DNA of 64,000 nt, taken from the NCBI RefSeq assembly GCF_009914755.1, contig NC_060946.1; one strand, written 5' to 3'. Each line of letters begins with the position of its first letter. Positions within the stretch are counted from its first letter, which is position 1. Below the pieces are notes generated by a model. That model was given only the letters and a program-made list of their open reading frames with translations, did not search any database and was not told the origin of the DNA. The stretch comes from the human T2T-CHM13v2.0 reference genome, Homo sapiens. Position numbers and translations under genes: made by a program. Below, piece by piece: positions 57,661 to 64,000 of this stretch.

Positions 57661-58049
57661 TATGGCTGCTCCTAGATTTCTGGGTTTGTATATTTGCTTG
57701 TTTTTAGTTTTAACTCTTTATCAGCCCAGAATTAGCTTTTAGTAATTCAGTTGAGACTGCAATTTTACTCCCTTCACCCAGTACTGAATTTCTCCATTAA
57801 AATATACTTAATAACTATTGCTTCCTCATTGTTTTGTGAGGCTTCCCATGTTGTTCAGTTATGAACCATTGCTGAAGCCCATCTCTAACCTTCCCCTCTC
57901 TAACCCTCACCTCTTTATCTCCGCAGCCACCTCTCCAGCCCAGTCTTATTTCACCCCAACTCCCCTCTACTGACCTTTCTTCTTTTGCTCTGTCACACAA
58001 TTTTGATGTCCTACGTTTTGATCCATAAAACTTTTGTAGGAAAATTATC

Positions 58050-59800
<1,751 letters not shown>

Positions 59801-59850
59801 ACATACAAAAGACTGCATTTGAATGTAGGTATTTTTAAATGCTAAAACTA

Positions 59851-60498
<648 letters not shown>

Positions 60499-60539
60499 GA
60501 ATAAACGTTTTGTTCTAATCTTAAGGGAAATAGAATACT

Positions 60540-61700
60540 GCTAGTAACCTCAACTCATCCTCTCCAAATAGCCTCTTCCTCCTTCACTGAGAAATAAACA
60601 CATCCTTGAATAGCGTACAAGTCACTGCCATATTTATTTACCACATACGCATTTTTCCATAAACAAGATATTGGTTAGTTTTGCCATTATTGAACTTTTA
60701 GTGAGTTGATTCATACTGTATGATTTTTCTGTTTGGCATAGTTTTTGAGGTTCGTTGCAGTCTATGCAGGTAGTGGAGATGATAGTTTTTTCACTACTGA
60801 ATATTTCCTTGCATAAATATTATATAATTAGTTTATCCATTCTGCCCTGGATGGACGTTTAGCTTATTTCAAAGTTTTTTTCTTTTAAAAAAAATGCTTC
60901 CTTGAATACTCTTACACATATTGTTCAGTATCCAGGTGCAAGACTTCCTGAGATACATAGGAAGGAGTAACATTGTGAGATCATAAGGCATTTGGAGTTA
61001 AACTTCACTTCGTTATAATCTTTCCTGAAGGGGTTGAGCCATTTTATACTGGCACCGGAAATGTGTAGACATTCCCAATGCCCTATACCCTCACCATGCT
61101 TGATGTTACCAGGCGCTTTAATTGTTGCCAAACCAGTAGATGCCACAATCATACGCTAGTGAGTGTTCAATCTTGTTGGCATTTTGAAGATATGTTTATT
61201 AATTATTAAAATAGGCCACTAGTGCACATGGTCAAAGTCAGAATTTTTTTATCTCTGTTTTCAATTAATCCAGTTCCAGCGATACACAGCCAGTTAATCA
61301 TTTGAGTCAGTTTTCATAATTTCCAGAACTTATTTATACAAATGCAAATATATGATTACATATTCTTTCCTTCTTTGTATACACAAAGGGTGGTATATTA
61401 TGTACACAGTTTTCTACTTTACTTTTTCACTTAACAGTTTAATTTTGAGATCTTTGTAAATCAGTATGTAAATAATTAACTTCCTCATTTCTTTTTAGCA
61501 GCTTAGTAAATTCTATTATATGGATTTGCCACATTCTACTTAACCAAATAATGATTGTTGCATTATTTCCAGTCTTCAGTTATTGCAAATAATACTACCA
61601 TAACTTACCATGTATAGGCTTCATTTCACTGATTTGGAATTGCCAGGTCAAAAGGTCTAGGCATTTGAAGTTTTTCCATATAAAATTTAAAAATAATAAA
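60540..61700 (-). mobile_element. L1ME-class 3' remnants
   Basis: 'gtttatccattct...gatggacgttt', 'ccctcaccatgcttg', 'ggaattgccaggtcaaa'. Confidence 0.7.
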
Positions 61701-61729
61701 TCTACTTTAAAAAGTCTGATGTTTAGTTT

Positions 61730-62128
<399 letters not shown>

Positions 62129-62214
62129 TCAAGAAACCATTCTAAGGAAAACTACTTGTATGATTGGCAGCATTGCAAAAAACACAGAAAGTTGCCTTGA
62201 ACCTTTGAATTGGT

Positions 62215-63271
62215 TCATACTGCAGTGATACATATTACATTAACCTCTGATTCTCTTGCATATTTAGAAGCAGCGGCACCCCTCTTGTGACAACATTTGG
62301 CAGCATGCAGTTGGGCCATCACTGAATCCAAGGTCCAAGGGCCTGGATTGCCTGCTAAATTCTTGGGAGTTATCTGGTCGGGTAAGATGAAGGCCATACC
62401 TGAAGCCATCCTTGATAAAGTTCAGGCATATCCCCGGCCCACAATGATGAGGCAGCTACAGACCTTTATGGGCCTCTTGGGATATTGGTGGGCATTTGTG
62501 CCTCATTTGGCTCAGATGATAAAACTGTTTTATCAGTTGACAAAAAAAGAAACTACTTAGCATTGGGACAGTGAGGCTGAGATGGCTTTTCTCGCAGCCA
62601 AGTGGGTCATACAGCAAGTGCAGGCCTTATAAGTGATTGACCCTGGGTGCCCATTTGAACTCAGTGTGCCCGTGACCACAGATGGTTTTGGCTGGAGCCC
62701 ATGGCAGTGTGCAGAGCACTTTAGAACACCAGTAGGGTTTTGGTCCCAACTTTGGGAGGGAGCTGGAGCTCCAGTATTCGTTGATAGGGAAGCAATTAGC
62801 AGCTTCATTGCCACCATTCAGGGTTGTGAGAGTGTGATGGGATGGGCTATCATCATTGTGTCAGTGACTTACCCAGTAGCAGGATGGATACGTTCATGGG
62901 TAACAACCCCCAGACTGAGACAGCACAGACATCCACCTTAGCCTGAGGCACCCCTAAACCCTGAACCATCACCATTTAAAGAGGGATATCCCCCATTCCC
63001 GATAGGGTGTAGTATATGGATGGGCCCAGCTGGGGTCCTACTGCTGCCCGGACTGCTGTCACAGTCCAGCCTAGTATGTATACCATATGGTTTGATACTG
63101 GGTGTGGACAAAGTAGTCAGTGGGCTGAACTCAAGGCAGTGTGGATAGTGATCGCCAAGGAGGAGACACCTATGGTAATCTGCACCAATAGCTGGGCAGT
63201 TTATCAAGACCTGATCTTGTGGTTAACTACCTGGAAGTTACAGAATTAGCTAGTTGGCCACTGGCCCATTT
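62215..63271 (+). pseudogene. pol: Degenerate class-III ERV pol fragment (RT C-terminus, connection, RNase H), HERVL18/HERV-S-like
   Basis: KVQGP..KFLGVIW..AYPRPT..QLQTFMGLLGYW..FVPHLAQ (RT); PVGFWSQLW; QSSQWAELKAV..ICTNSWAV (RNase H); stops and frameshifts. Confidence 0.88.
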
Positions 63272-63272
63272 G

Positions 63273-63350
63273 TCAAGTCAGCAATGAACTATGAGGGTGC
63301 CTCTGCACTCCAGCCTGGGTGACAAAGTGAGACCCAGGCTCTAAATAAAT
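63273..63350 (+). mobile_element. AluJ-like 3' fragment
   Basis: 'tgcactccagcctgggtgacaaagtgagaccc'. Confidence 0.8.
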
Positions 63351-63407
63351 AGGTAAATTATGTAGTATGTATATTATAACTCTTCCCAAAATTAGAAAAA
63401 GCAATAG

Positions 63408-63758
<351 letters not shown>

Positions 63759-63759
63759 T

Positions 63760-64000
63760 AAGAATCATAATAATATCAGAGAAAGTAGAATTCAAGGCAA
63801 AATTCATTTCAAAAAGATCAATTTAAATTCAGAAAACGTTAATCCGAGAGTTAAGTTTTAAAAATCATACATCATAAAAGGTTAAAAATAAGACCAAAAT
63901 ATGAAGAAACTCTTTTAGATGTTAAATGAGAAATTCATAAACTATTTTTATGAATGACTTCAGCATAATTTTCTCAGCCTTTGACAAAATAGGAAGTGAA
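63760..64000 (+). mobile_element. Old L1 ORF2 (endonuclease region) remnant
   Basis: 'aatatcagagaaagtagaattcaaggcaaaa' (ISEKVEFKAK, like L1 ISDKVDFK). Confidence 0.55.

Overview
Primate (human-like) non-coding genomic DNA, intergenic or deep-intronic. It is CpG-depleted, with no CpG island, no recognisable protein-coding exon and no RNA gene. Well over half is interspersed repeat: about 18 Alus or Alu fragments (J, S, Y, one AluYe5-like), many MIR/L2 remnants, several old L1 segments, MaLR/ERV LTRs and DNA-transposon MITEs. The main structure is a ~10-kb nested stack at 2.2-12.2 kb. There, an ancient L1 hosts three Alus and a full MLT1A-type provirus, which in turn hosts a full THE1A provirus and a MER44/Tigger7. 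There is also a full-length MSTA-type provirus (52790-55171) and an orphan class-III ERV pol fragment (~62215-63271). Nearly all long ORFs in the supplied track are Alu, microsatellite or MaLR artefacts. I found no evidence for a novel gene system. The most interesting signals are local DNA-copying scars: an inverted templated insertion in an LTR, a fold-back duplication, a 93-bp L2-derived minisatellite carrying an in-frame ORF, a ~98-bp direct duplication, and a composite Alu with a duplicated tail. A few unique-sequence motif or hairpin clusters may be regulatory. Subfamily names come from recalled consensus diagnostics, not a database search, and boundaries of old repeats (MIR, L2, L1M) are approximate.
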